Both the position numbers and the translations under genes were made by a program. The notes below the pieces were generated by a model. It worked only from the letters and a program-made list of their open reading frames with translations. It had not been told where the DNA came from and ran no database searches. DNA of 64,000 bases from a bacterium (GTDB lineage Bacteria > Desulfobacterota > Binatia > HRBIN30 > CADEER01). Location of the stretch: positions 2,628 through 66,627 of the forward strand of contig JANNRA010000112.1 in NCBI GenBank assembly GCA_031401035.1. Reading direction: 5' to 3'. Below, one piece after another: positions 56,844 through 64,000 of the stretch; within the stretch, counting starts at the first letter, position 1; each line of letters starts with the position of its first letter.

Positions 56844-58236
56844 GGGGCGGCGCCGCCAGGGCGAAGCGGCGCGGGCGGCCGCCAGTCACCTCGGCACGGG
56901 CGCGGGCGAGTTCGTCGCCGAGCGCGCGCGGCAGGCGCACGACGCTTTCGACGATGCGGATCTCGGGGATGAGCGCCGCCAGGTCGTCGGGTGCGACGGC
57001 GGTGCCGCGCACCTCGCGCAGTTCCTGGAATGCGGCCAGAACGCGCGGCGCCATCGGTGCGACGGTGGTGCCGTGGATGGCGAGCACGCGGTGGCTGGGA
57101 GCGGCGATGGCGAGGTAGGCGGCGCCATAGGCCCCGCCGCCCAGCACGCACAGCAGCGGATGCCCGGCGAGGCGCGCTGCGGTGAGGCCGCGCAGGCACT
57201 CGGCGAGGGCGCGCGGCAGGCCAGCGCGTTCCTGACGCAGGTCGCTGGCGTGGCCACGGCAGAACAGGAAGGTGACGATCGGCACGCCGGGCGCGGTGGC
57301 CACCGCCTCGGCCACCGCGGCGAGGACCGCGTGTGCGTCCGCTACGTCGATGCCGTGCGGCGACCGTTCCGGCCCGACAATGATCGCCAGGGTCCGCGAG
57401 CCGCGCAGTTCGCCCCAGGCGGCGTGCACCAGCCCGAGTCGCAGGCTCGGGGCCGTGGCGCGCCACTGGCCGCGAAAGGAATAGGCGAAGAAGTCGCGCT
57501 GGCGCGCCGCCAGGGCCGCGGCCGGGGCTTCGGGCGGATGGAGCTGCGCGAGCAGGGTGTTGGTGACGGCGACGCCGTGCGCCACGGTTGCCGCGATGCC
57601 GCGGCGGACGAGGGGGGCGGTCAACGCTGCGCGCAGGGCCGCGCGCACGGCTGGCGCTGCGTCGTCGACCACGGCGGTGGCATGCCTGGCGCGCAGGCGG
57701 GCGGTGGCGCTCATGACGGTGCGCGCCGCCTCGGCGTGCGCGGCGCCGTCCTCGAGCAGGCGCGGGCCGGTCAGGCCCCACGACGCGCCTCGCACCAGCA
57801 GCAACGCATGCCCGGCGGCGGCGATCACCGCCGGGGCGCCGAAGCATCCGCGCGTGCCGCTGACGACGCTCGCGACACGCACCCCGGCGAGGGCCAGGCG
57901 CGTCAGGCGCACGCCGAGAGCCGAGGCGGCGCCGAGCGCGGCGGGCCCCTCCTGGACGCGCACGCCGCCGCTGTCCCAGACGACGACCAGCGTCTCGCGG
58001 CGCCGTTCGGCCAGCGCCACGAGTTCGCTCAGATGGCGCGCCTCGCCGAGACCGATCGTGCCGCCACGGACGCGGCCGTCGGTGAGCGCCAACAGCAACG
58101 GGCGGCCAGCCAGGCGGGCGCGGGCGGTGAGGACGCTCGTCTGTGGATCGGCGGCGATGAGGTGCAGGCTGCCGGGATCGGCAAGCGCGGCAGCTCGTTC
58201 GACAGCCGACAGGTCGGAGAAGCGCGGCACGGCCAT
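56809..58236 (-). CDS. carboxyltransferase-fold protein resembling fused malonate decarboxylase beta/gamma subunits (MdcD/MdcE)
   Basis: The 475-aa protein has two crotonase/ACC-carboxyltransferase-like halves (..LVVVWDSGGVRVQEG.. and ..FLFCRGHASDL.......GGAYGAAYLA). An alternate-frame ORF 56831..58249 is rejected. Confidence 0.45.
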   Translation of the reverse strand: MAVPRFSDLSAVERAAALADPGSLHLIAADPQTSVLTARARLAGRPLLLALTDGRVRGGTIGLGEARHLSELVALAERRRETLVVVWDSGGVRVQEGPAALGAASALGVRLTRLALAGVRVASVVSGTRGCFGAPAVIAAAGHALLLVRGASWGLTGPRLLEDGAAHAEAARTVMSATARLRARHATAVVDDAAPAVRAALRAALTAPLVRRGIAATVAHGVAVTNTLLAQLHPPEAPAAALAARQRDFFAYSFRGQWRATAPSLRLGLVHAAWGELRGSRTLAIIVGPERSPHGIDVADAHAVLAAVAEAVATAPGVPIVTFLFCRGHASDLRQERAGLPRALAECLRGLTAARLAGHPLLCVLGGGAYGAAYLAIAAPSHRVLAIHGTTVAPMAPRVLAAFQELREVRGTAVAPDDLAALIPEIRIVESVVRLPRALGDELARARAEVTGGRPRRFALAAPPLRGADERPATG

Positions 58237-58394
58237 GACGACCTTTCACCTAGCGCCGCCGCCTGGCCGTGTCAGCCCGCCGTGCCGTGGCGGCGCCGTG
58301 GCGGTTGCTGCGCGCCGCGGCGGTGGATGACGCGGGGTCGCCGGCGAGGGAGTAGGTTCTCAGGCCACGATGCTCTAGGAATCGGTCTCGCCTC

Positions 58395-58892
58395 ATGCGT
58401 GCGTCGCCTGACAGCTCTTGGACATTCCGTTCCGCCACGGCGGCGGATCTCGCTGCGATCGTGCACTTGGCCGTGGCGTTTCGCGACCACCTGGCGCAGG
58501 CGGCGCCCAGCCCGGACGAGTTTCGTGACGGCTTCACCCGCCTGCTCGACGATCAGGCGGCGGCGATCACCGTAGCGGCGCGAGCGAGCGCGGACGCCGC
58601 GGGCTACGTCCTGTGCCGTTACCGCTGGTCGGTCTGGAGCGGCGGCGAGGACGTCGAGATCGAGGACGTGTTCGTCGCCGCGGCGGCGCGCCGGCAGGGG
58701 CTCGGGCGACGCTTGGTGGAATCGGCCCTGGCGCGCGCGCAGGCGCGCGGCTGCCGCGTCGCGGCGCTGACGACGAACGAACGCAACACTGCGGCGCTTG
58801 CGCTCTATGCGCAACTCGGTTTCAGCGCGACACGGCCGCGTTGGCAGGGCGGCCGCCAGCTCTGGCTCGAACGGCGTCTGGGTCCCGCATGA
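58395..58892 (+). CDS. GNAT family N-acetyltransferase
   Basis: Has ..RRQGLGRRLVESALARAQARGCRVAALTTNERNTAALALYAQLGF (GNAT motif A). Confidence 0.8.
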   Translation: MRASPDSSWTFRSATAADLAAIVHLAVAFRDHLAQAAPSPDEFRDGFTRLLDDQAAAITVAARASADAAGYVLCRYRWSVWSGGEDVEIEDVFVAAAARRQGLGRRLVESALARAQARGCRVAALTTNERNTAALALYAQLGFSATRPRWQGGRQLWLERRLGPA

Positions 58893-59356
58893 GCGCGGCG
58901 GATATTGCGCTCATGCGTGCGTGCCTGCGCGAAGCCGAGGCGGCAGAACGGGCAGGGGAGGTGCCGGTCGGCGCGGTGGTGGTACGCGAGGGGCGCATCG
59001 TCGGGCGGGGCCACAACCGGCCGATCGCGGCGCACGACCCGAGCGCGCACGCCGAGGTGGTCGCGTTGCGCGATGCCGGGGCGGCCCTGGCGAGCTACCG
59101 CCTGCCCGACTGCGAGCTGCTGGTCACCGTCGAGCCGTGCGTGATGTGCGTCGGCGCTCTGTTGCAGGCGCGCGTGCGGCGCGTCGTGTTCGGCTGCGGC
59201 GACCCGAAAGCCGGGGCGCTCGGCGGCCTGCTCGATCTCGGCGCCCAGCCGGGGTTCAACCACCGCTTCGAGGTCGTCGGCGGCGTTCTCGCCGAGGAGG
59301 CCGCGGCGCTTCTGCAGGCATTCTTCCGTCGCCGCCGGCGCGCCGACGGCGGCTGA
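58889..59356 (+). CDS. tadA: tRNA-specific adenosine deaminase
   Basis: Has the HAEVVAL and PCVMCVGAL zinc-binding motifs. Its start overlaps the GNAT stop (ATGA). Confidence 0.9.
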   Translation: MSAADIALMRACLREAEAAERAGEVPVGAVVVREGRIVGRGHNRPIAAHDPSAHAEVVALRDAGAALASYRLPDCELLVTVEPCVMCVGALLQARVRRVVFGCGDPKAGALGGLLDLGAQPGFNHRFEVVGGVLAEEAAALLQAFFRRRRRADGG

Positions 59357-59403
59357 CTTGAGCCACCCGACGCACCCGGGTATAGACAGGCGTCTGGCCG
59401 TAC

Positions 59404-59490
59404 GGAGAGGTGCGTGAGCCCGGTTGAAACGGCACGACTCGAAATCGTGTGACCCGCAAGGGTCCGTGGGTTCAAATCCCACCCTCTCCG
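59404..59490 (+). tRNA. tRNA-Ser (anticodon CGA), class II with a long variable arm
   Basis: Acceptor GGAGAGG/CCTCTCC, anticodon loop CTCGAAA, T-loop GGTTCAAATCC. The gene is 87 nt. Confidence 0.85.
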
Positions 59491-59867
59491 CTCCCAACTT
59501 TCCAGCCTCTGTCTGACGTAGACAGCCTCCTCTCCCGGATGCGCCTCGGTGATGACGCCCATCCCCATTTATCATGGTTGGCGAGGGGTTAGGGAAAACG
59601 CGTAGAGCGGGGCGGAAAAGCCCCACCTATACAGCGGGGCCCTGATTGGCTACAGTTCACTCAGCTGGAGTTCCTCCAAGTTCCCCCGTCCAGCCGGCGG
59701 GTCGCCCACTGTCCGGGGCGGCCCGCCCCCCCTTCTTCGTCACCGTATTCAACTGAAATGGGGCGTGCAGCAGACCGACGCATTGCGGCGTCTCTGCTGA
59801 GAAGATGACCGGCCGGCGCATCGCGGATCGAATTGCCGACGGGCCGCGGTCGTCTACAGGCTGCCTC

Positions 59868-60215
59868 ATGCGCTTACGTCCTGCGTCATTCCTGCCCTGT
59901 CTCATGGCCGCCCTCGCGCTGGTTGCGGCCGCGCCAATGCATGCAGGCGACGTGGCAGGTGACGGGTCGATGCGCATGTTCCGCGATCCGCAGCGCGGCG
60001 TGCTCGCCGCTCCGACGGATGCAGGGCTTGGCGACGCGGCGCCCGCGGTCGAGGCTGCCGCGGGCGCGGAGCTGCGCGAAGAAGCGGTGCGCGGCCCGGC
60101 TGGGGGCACGAAGGTGAACCTGCGCGGTCGTATGCGGGCGGCGGTGTCGCGCCACGCCGGGGTCGGCGGCGCGACGCACGCGTGTGTCCAGGAGCCCGGG
60201 CAGGCGCATGACTGA
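59868..60215 (+). CDS. small secreted hypothetical protein
   Basis: Signal peptide MRLRPASFLPCLMAALALVAAAPMHA. Its 3' end overlaps the start of the downstream HExxH protein. Confidence 0.4.
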   Translation: MRLRPASFLPCLMAALALVAAAPMHAGDVAGDGSMRMFRDPQRGVLAAPTDAGLGDAAPAVEAAAGAELREEAVRGPAGGTKVNLRGRMRAAVSRHAGVGGATHACVQEPGQAHD

Positions 60216-61356
60216 GGCGCGACGGTGGCAGGTGGTCGCGGCCCTGGCGGTGACGGCGGTGCTGGCGGCAGCGCAGCCGGCGGGCGCGGCGGTAGTGCGG
60301 GTGATGACGCGTGACAGCCCCGGCGAGGGCTTCAACGACGCGACGCCGGTCGCGGCGGTGGGCGGCAACAGCGGCACGACACTCGGGGCGCAGCGGCGCG
60401 TGGCGTTCGAGTACGCGGCGCAGATCTGGGCCAGCCGTCTGGTCAGCCCGGTCGAGATCCGCGTCTCCGCCACGTTCGACGCGCTGGCCTGCAGCGCCGG
60501 GTCGACGACCCTCGGCGTGGCCGGGCCGGTGAGCGTCTTTCGCGATTTCTCCGGCGCACCGCGTGCCAATACCTTCTATCCGTCGGCCCTCGCAGACCGT
60601 CTGGCGGGAATGGATATCGAGCCGTCGGAGGACGACATCGACGCGACCTTCAACAGCGCCTTTGGCAGCACCTGTCCGTTTCCCGCCGGCTGGTACTATG
60701 GGCTCGATGGCGCGGCGGCGGACGGGGACTCGGATTTCGTCACCGTCGCCCTGCACGAACTCGGGCACGGCTTCGGGTTCCTGACGCTGATGGACGTCGA
60801 GTCGGGCGCGCTCTTCGAGGGGCGAGACGACGTGTTCCTGCTCCAGTTGATCGACGCGCGCAATGGACTGACGCTCGATGCGATGACCAACGCGCAGCGT
60901 CGCTCGGCGCTCGAGGCGACCGGGTCGCTGCGCTTCATCGGCCCGCAGGTGACGGCGTCGAGCGGCGGACTGGTCAGCGGCGTCGACACGCTTGGTCGGG
61001 TGGAGATGTACGCGCCGGCGTTCGCGCAGAACGGCTCGACGGCGAGCCATTGGAGCAACGAGGTGGCGCCGCTGGAACTGATGGCGCCGTTCTTCGAGGC
61101 GCCGCTGCACGACGTTGGCATCGCTGCCGCGGCGCTGGGTGACCTCGGCTGGGAGCTGGCGGGTGCGCCGGGGTGCCCCGGCGACTGCGACGGCGGCGGA
61201 TCGGTGACCATCGACGAACTGGTCGTGGCGGTCTGCATCGCGTTGGGGGAGGCCGAGGTCGCCGCCTGCACTGCGGTCGACGCCGAGGGCGACGGCAGGG
61301 TCTCGATCGCCGACCTGGTCGCCGCCGTCAGCGGCGCACTGGCCGGCTGTCGGTAG
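60208..61356 (+). CDS. secreted HExxH zinc-metalloprotease-like protein with a dockerin-like C-terminal domain
   Basis: Signal peptide ..VVAALAVTAVLAAAQPAGA. It has the motif HELGHGFGF. The C-terminus CPGDCDGGGSVTIDELVVAVCIALG...DAEGDGRVSIADLVAAVSGALAGC parallels the C-terminus of the ELWxxDGT protein. Confidence 0.7.
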   Translation: MTEARRWQVVAALAVTAVLAAAQPAGAAVVRVMTRDSPGEGFNDATPVAAVGGNSGTTLGAQRRVAFEYAAQIWASRLVSPVEIRVSATFDALACSAGSTTLGVAGPVSVFRDFSGAPRANTFYPSALADRLAGMDIEPSEDDIDATFNSAFGSTCPFPAGWYYGLDGAAADGDSDFVTVALHELGHGFGFLTLMDVESGALFEGRDDVFLLQLIDARNGLTLDAMTNAQRRSALEATGSLRFIGPQVTASSGGLVSGVDTLGRVEMYAPAFAQNGSTASHWSNEVAPLELMAPFFEAPLHDVGIAAAALGDLGWELAGAPGCPGDCDGGGSVTIDELVVAVCIALGEAEVAACTAVDAEGDGRVSIADLVAAVSGALAGCR

Positions 61357-61395
61357 CCGCGCCCTGCGTCGCTGCTCAGCCTCCGTAGGTCGACA

Positions 61396-61683
61396 TCAGT
61401 CCGGGAGCTTCGGGTTCGGCGGCGTGATCTCGTCCTCGTCGCGCGGTTCGGCGTCTGGGAACGGGATCTCGTCGTGGGCGCGGGGTTGGTCGGCGGGTGG
61501 TGCGACGACGTCGAGGTCCTTGACGCGGCCCGAGGGCACGCCGACGCCGTCGTCCTCATCGAGGTCGGTGTCGGCGACTTCGTCAGCGGCGCCGCCCGGC
61601 AGTTCGGCCGGCGCCGTGGTGGCGACGATGGTAACGAAGAGCACGGTGCTGAGCGGAGCCGCGAATCGAGTCCAGGCGGGCAT
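61396..61683 (-). CDS. small secreted acidic hypothetical protein (95 aa)
   Basis: MPAWTRFAAPLSTVLFVTIVATTAPA followed by a Glu/Asp/Pro-rich tail. GGAGG Shine-Dalgarno upstream. Confidence 0.5.
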   Translation of the reverse strand: MPAWTRFAAPLSTVLFVTIVATTAPAELPGGAADEVADTDLDEDDGVGVPSGRVKDLDVVAPPADQPRAHDEIPFPDAEPRDEDEITPPNPKLPD

Positions 61684-61751
61684 ACGGTAACCTCCAGGCG
61701 GTCTCCTACCAGAGGGCGCCCCCGCCCGCAGCCGCGATCTTGCGCGGCGCG

Positions 61752-62630
61752 TCAGCGCGCCGGCGCCAGGGCCTCCAGGCAGCGCAGATCGGGGCCGGGG
61801 ATGCCGTCGGGACGCAACGGCTGAATGCAGACGTGATCGGCGCCGGCGGCGTAGTGGGCGTCGATGCGGGCGCGCAGCGTCGCCTCGTCGCCCCAGGCGA
61901 CCAGGGAGTCGACGAGATGGTCGCTGCCGCCGTCGGCGATGTCGGCGTCGGTGAAGCCGAGCCACTTCAGGTTGTTCTGGTAGTTTGGCAGGCCCAGGTA
62001 AATCGCCAGGGTACTGCGCGCCATGGCGCGGGCGGTACTGGCGTCGGTCGCGAGCAGCACCATCTGCTCGGGCGCCAGCCAGCGGTCTGGGCCGAGAATC
62101 GCGCGCGCCCGCGTCGTGTGCTCGGGCGTCGTCAGGTACGGGTGGGCGCCGCGCGCCTGATCGCGGGCCACGCGCAGCATTGCCGGCCGTAGCGCCGCCA
62201 GCATCACCGGCGCCTCGGCGGCCGGCGCGACGGCGCGGTACAGGGCGCCGTGCATGGCGGTGAGGTATTCGCGCATCGCCGTCACCGGTTTGCGGTACTC
62301 GTGGCCGCGCACGGCGCTGACCAGGTGGGCGTGTGAGACGCCGAGTCCCAGCACGAAGCGCCCGCCCGACAGCTCGGCCATCGTTTGCTGGATGGCGCGC
62401 ATGGTCATCGGGTCGCGGGCGTAGATGTTGGCAATGCCGGTGGCGAATCCGATGCGCTCGGTGCGGGCGGCGAGAAAACCCAGCAAGGTGAAGGGGTCGC
62501 GTCCGATGGCCTCGGGCAGCCAGAGCAGCGAGTAGCCGAGCGCCTCGACCTTGCGCACGAAGGCTGCCGCCTCCTCCGCCTGCATGAGGTCGAGGAACGT
62601 CCAGACACCGAGTCGGCCAAGCTGCTGCAT
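61752..62630 (-). CDS. LLM-class (luciferase-like) F420-dependent oxidoreductase
   Basis: Start MQQLGRLGVWTFLD. It has TIGR03620-like blocks (..GYSLLWLPE.., ..RFVLGLGVSH..). AAGGAG Shine-Dalgarno upstream. Confidence 0.8.
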   Translation of the reverse strand: MQQLGRLGVWTFLDLMQAEEAAAFVRKVEALGYSLLWLPEAIGRDPFTLLGFLAARTERIGFATGIANIYARDPMTMRAIQQTMAELSGGRFVLGLGVSHAHLVSAVRGHEYRKPVTAMREYLTAMHGALYRAVAPAAEAPVMLAALRPAMLRVARDQARGAHPYLTTPEHTTRARAILGPDRWLAPEQMVLLATDASTARAMARSTLAIYLGLPNYQNNLKWLGFTDADIADGGSDHLVDSLVAWGDEATLRARIDAHYAAGADHVCIQPLRPDGIPGPDLRCLEALAPAR

Positions 62631-62680
62631 GTGCAATCTCCTTCTTCCGCCCGGATCCCTGCCCGGCGCCAGGCCTGGGA

Positions 62681-63256
62681 TCAAGCCGAGGGGCCGCTGG
62701 GTCCGTGATCGGCGGCGGCGAGAATGGCCAGCGCACAGATCGCCGCCGCCAGGGCCAGTCCGACGATCACACCATGCGCGATCGCGGCGGGGGGCAGCCG
62801 CGCTTCGAGGGGGACGTCGTCCGCGTGCAACACCAGGGTGGCGGCGCGCTGGTCGCCGAATCGCTGCTGCTGCGCTGAGCGCTGCATGAAGATGTAGGCG
62901 ACGAGGCCGAAGAAGATGCTGTCGAGCAGGACCCAGACGTTGCGCGTCAGGCCGCGACTGAGGGAGATCGGCAGGCCGTCCTCGCCGACGACGCGGAGCG
63001 AGAACAGGAGCTTGCCGAGCGTCGCGCCGCCGAGCGATTCGGCGACGCCGTGGTAGGTGATCATCATCAGTGTGCGCGCCAGCCACATGTCGAACCCGGC
63101 GTCAGGCACACCGCGCGTCAGCATGCCCTCATCGGCGCCAAGCGCCAGCAGCAGCATTGCCGCGAAGGCGCCGCCGACGAGGCCGGTGAGCAGCATGTCG
63201 ACGGCGCGCGCGCCGGCGCGGCGGGCGAACCCGGCCGAGATGAGGGGATCGAGCAT
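62681..63256 (-). CDS. RDD family membrane protein
   Basis: Has the pattern ..RRAGARAVDMLL.. plus three transmembrane helices, typical of RDD proteins. The protein is 191 aa. Confidence 0.75.
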   Translation of the reverse strand: MLDPLISAGFARRAGARAVDMLLTGLVGGAFAAMLLLALGADEGMLTRGVPDAGFDMWLARTLMMITYHGVAESLGGATLGKLLFSLRVVGEDGLPISLSRGLTRNVWVLLDSIFFGLVAYIFMQRSAQQQRFGDQRAATLVLHADDVPLEARLPPAAIAHGVIVGLALAAAICALAILAAADHGPSGPSA

Positions 63257-63382
63257 GACGTCGCGAGGGTGTAGTGCGCGTTGGCGGGACGGTCAATGTG
63301 GCCCGCCGCGGCGCGTCGTGTTGACCTCGCTGACCCGACAGGGCAGCGTGTCGCGCGCAGGATGAAATGGCGTGCGTACACG

Positions 63383-63467
63383 GAGAGGTGCCCGAGTGGC
63401 CGAAGGGGCGCGCCTGGAAAGTGCGTATACCCAAAAGGTATCGAGGGTTCGAATCCCTCCCTCTCCG
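63383..63467 (+). tRNA. tRNA-Ser (anticodon GGA)
   Basis: Acceptor GGAGAGG/CCTCTCC, anticodon loop CTGGAAA, long variable arm, T-loop GGTTCGAATCC. Confidence 0.85.
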
Positions 63468-63523
63468 CTTGCCGCGCCGCGCTGGCGCGAGTACGGAAGG
63501 AGTCGCCGCGAGGATGAGCACGA

Positions 63524-63629
63524 GTGATAGCTAGGTCCCGCGCAAGGGAGCGTCGCGAACCCCGTCAGGTCCGGAAGGAAGCAGCGGCACCGACTCCCTC
63601 TCTGTGCCGCGGGGAAGCCTAGCTATCAC
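63524..63629 (+). ncRNA. ffs: signal recognition particle RNA (4.5S, small SRP RNA)
   Basis: Conserved domain IV core ..GTCAGGTCCGGAAGGAAGCAGC.. Terminal helix GTGATAGCTAGG/CCTAGCTATCAC. It sits immediately upstream of dnaX, a common synteny. Confidence 0.8.
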
Positions 63630-63665
63630 TGGTGCCCATCGAGGGGCGTTCGGGAGGGGCGGGGG

Positions 63666-64000
63666 ATGTCGTATCTCGTGTCGGCCCGCCGATGGCGGCC
63701 GCAGACGTTCGAGGACCTGGTCGGCCAGGAGCACGCGTCGCGCACCCTCGCCAACGCCATTCGCTCCGGCCGGGTCGCGCACGCCTTCCTGTTCACCGGC
63801 GTGCGCGGCGTCGGCAAGACCACCGCCGCGCGCATCCTGGCGAAGGCGCTCAACTGCGAACACGGACCGACGCCGACACCCTGCAACGTCTGCACGAACT
63901 GCGTCGAGATCACCGCCGGGTCGGCGGTCGACGTGCTCGAGATCGACGGCGCCTCGAACACCGGTGTCGACGACGTGCGCGAGATCATCGAGAACGTCCG
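63666..64000 (+). CDS. dnaX: DNA polymerase III subunit gamma/tau, N-terminal fragment; continues beyond the window
   Basis: [38 protein letters not shown] is the AAA+ Walker A region. The zinc module is NCEHG..CNVCTNC. Confidence 0.9.
   Translation, partial: MSYLVSARRWRPQTFEDLVGQEHASRTLANAIRSGRVAHAFLFTGVRGVGKTTAARILAKALNCEHGPTPTPCNVCTNCVEITAGSAVDVLEIDGASNTGVDDVREIIENV

Noticed and set aside
56831-58249. 472-aa alternate-frame ORF overlapping the MdcD/E-like gene
   Set aside because: Its product is dominated by Arg/Pro/Ala runs. The 56809..58236 frame gives a globular, carboxyltransferase-like sequence.
59902-61110. 402-aa minus-strand ORF
   Set aside because: It is antisense to the HExxH secreted-protein gene (60208..61356). 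The plus-strand gene has a signal peptide, an HExxH motif and a C-terminal module shared with another protein.

Overview
The window is high-GC (roughly 68-72%) bacterial chromosomal DNA. A Myxococcus-type cysteine-rich repeat and an ELWxxDGT-repeat protein suggest a Myxococcota or deltaproteobacterial-like organism.

Gene order from the start:
- A partial HAD hydrolase gene.
- A complete cbb3 cytochrome oxidase locus, ccoNOQP-ccoGHIS, followed by a DsbD_2/TauE-like membrane protein gene.
- Genes for a flavin amine oxidase, an ~880-aa secreted cysteine-rich protein and an FAD monooxygenase.
- Two adjacent alpha/beta hydrolase genes, xylB-xylA, tag and ribE.
- A pbpC plus alpha-2-macroglobulin module, an ELWxxDGT-repeat protein gene and an MFS/GPH transporter gene.
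- The SOS mutagenesis operon imuA-imuB-dnaE2.

The most notable feature is a chromosomal integron fused to the 3' end of that mutagenesis operon. An integron integrase gene (intI) starts 17 bp after the dnaE2 stop on the same strand. It is followed by an attI site and five gene cassettes, each ending in an attC site. Cassette boundaries can be verified from the sequence alone: the inverse core (R'') of each attC is the reverse complement of G plus the six bases that open that same cassette. Cassette GC content is about 58-60%. Cargo comprises two small membrane proteins, a DUF4926 gene pair, a HicA/HicB toxin-antitoxin pair and a secreted amidohydrolase.

Inside the mutagenesis operon, a low-GC GxxExxY (PD-(D/E)XK-like) gene lies between imuB and dnaE2, flanked by 30-bp inverted repeats. 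At least three families of palindromic, MITE-like repeats are present:
- One flanks pbpC in inverted orientation and supplies its start codon.
- One is inserted in-frame inside the alpha-2-macroglobulin gene.
- A GGGAGAGGGTCAGGGTGAGGG hairpin family overlaps the stop codons of the monooxygenase and imuA genes.

Downstream of the integron are genes for a Baeyer-Villiger monooxygenase, beta-carbonic anhydrase, a beta-helix lipoprotein, tsaA/trmO, an ABC-F ATPase, a MOSC protein, a chagasin-like inhibitor, a putative malonate-decarboxylase-like carboxyltransferase, a GNAT acetyltransferase, tadA, two tRNA-Ser, a secreted HExxH protein with a dockerin-like tail, an F420-type LLM oxidoreductase, an RDD protein, SRP RNA and the 5' end of dnaX.

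On coordinates: the sequence is so GC-rich that many long antisense and alternate-frame ORFs in the supplied track are artefacts. CDS coordinates are taken from the ORF track and adjusted by codon counting to plausible internal start codons. Minus-strand starts and stops are approximate to within a few nucleotides.
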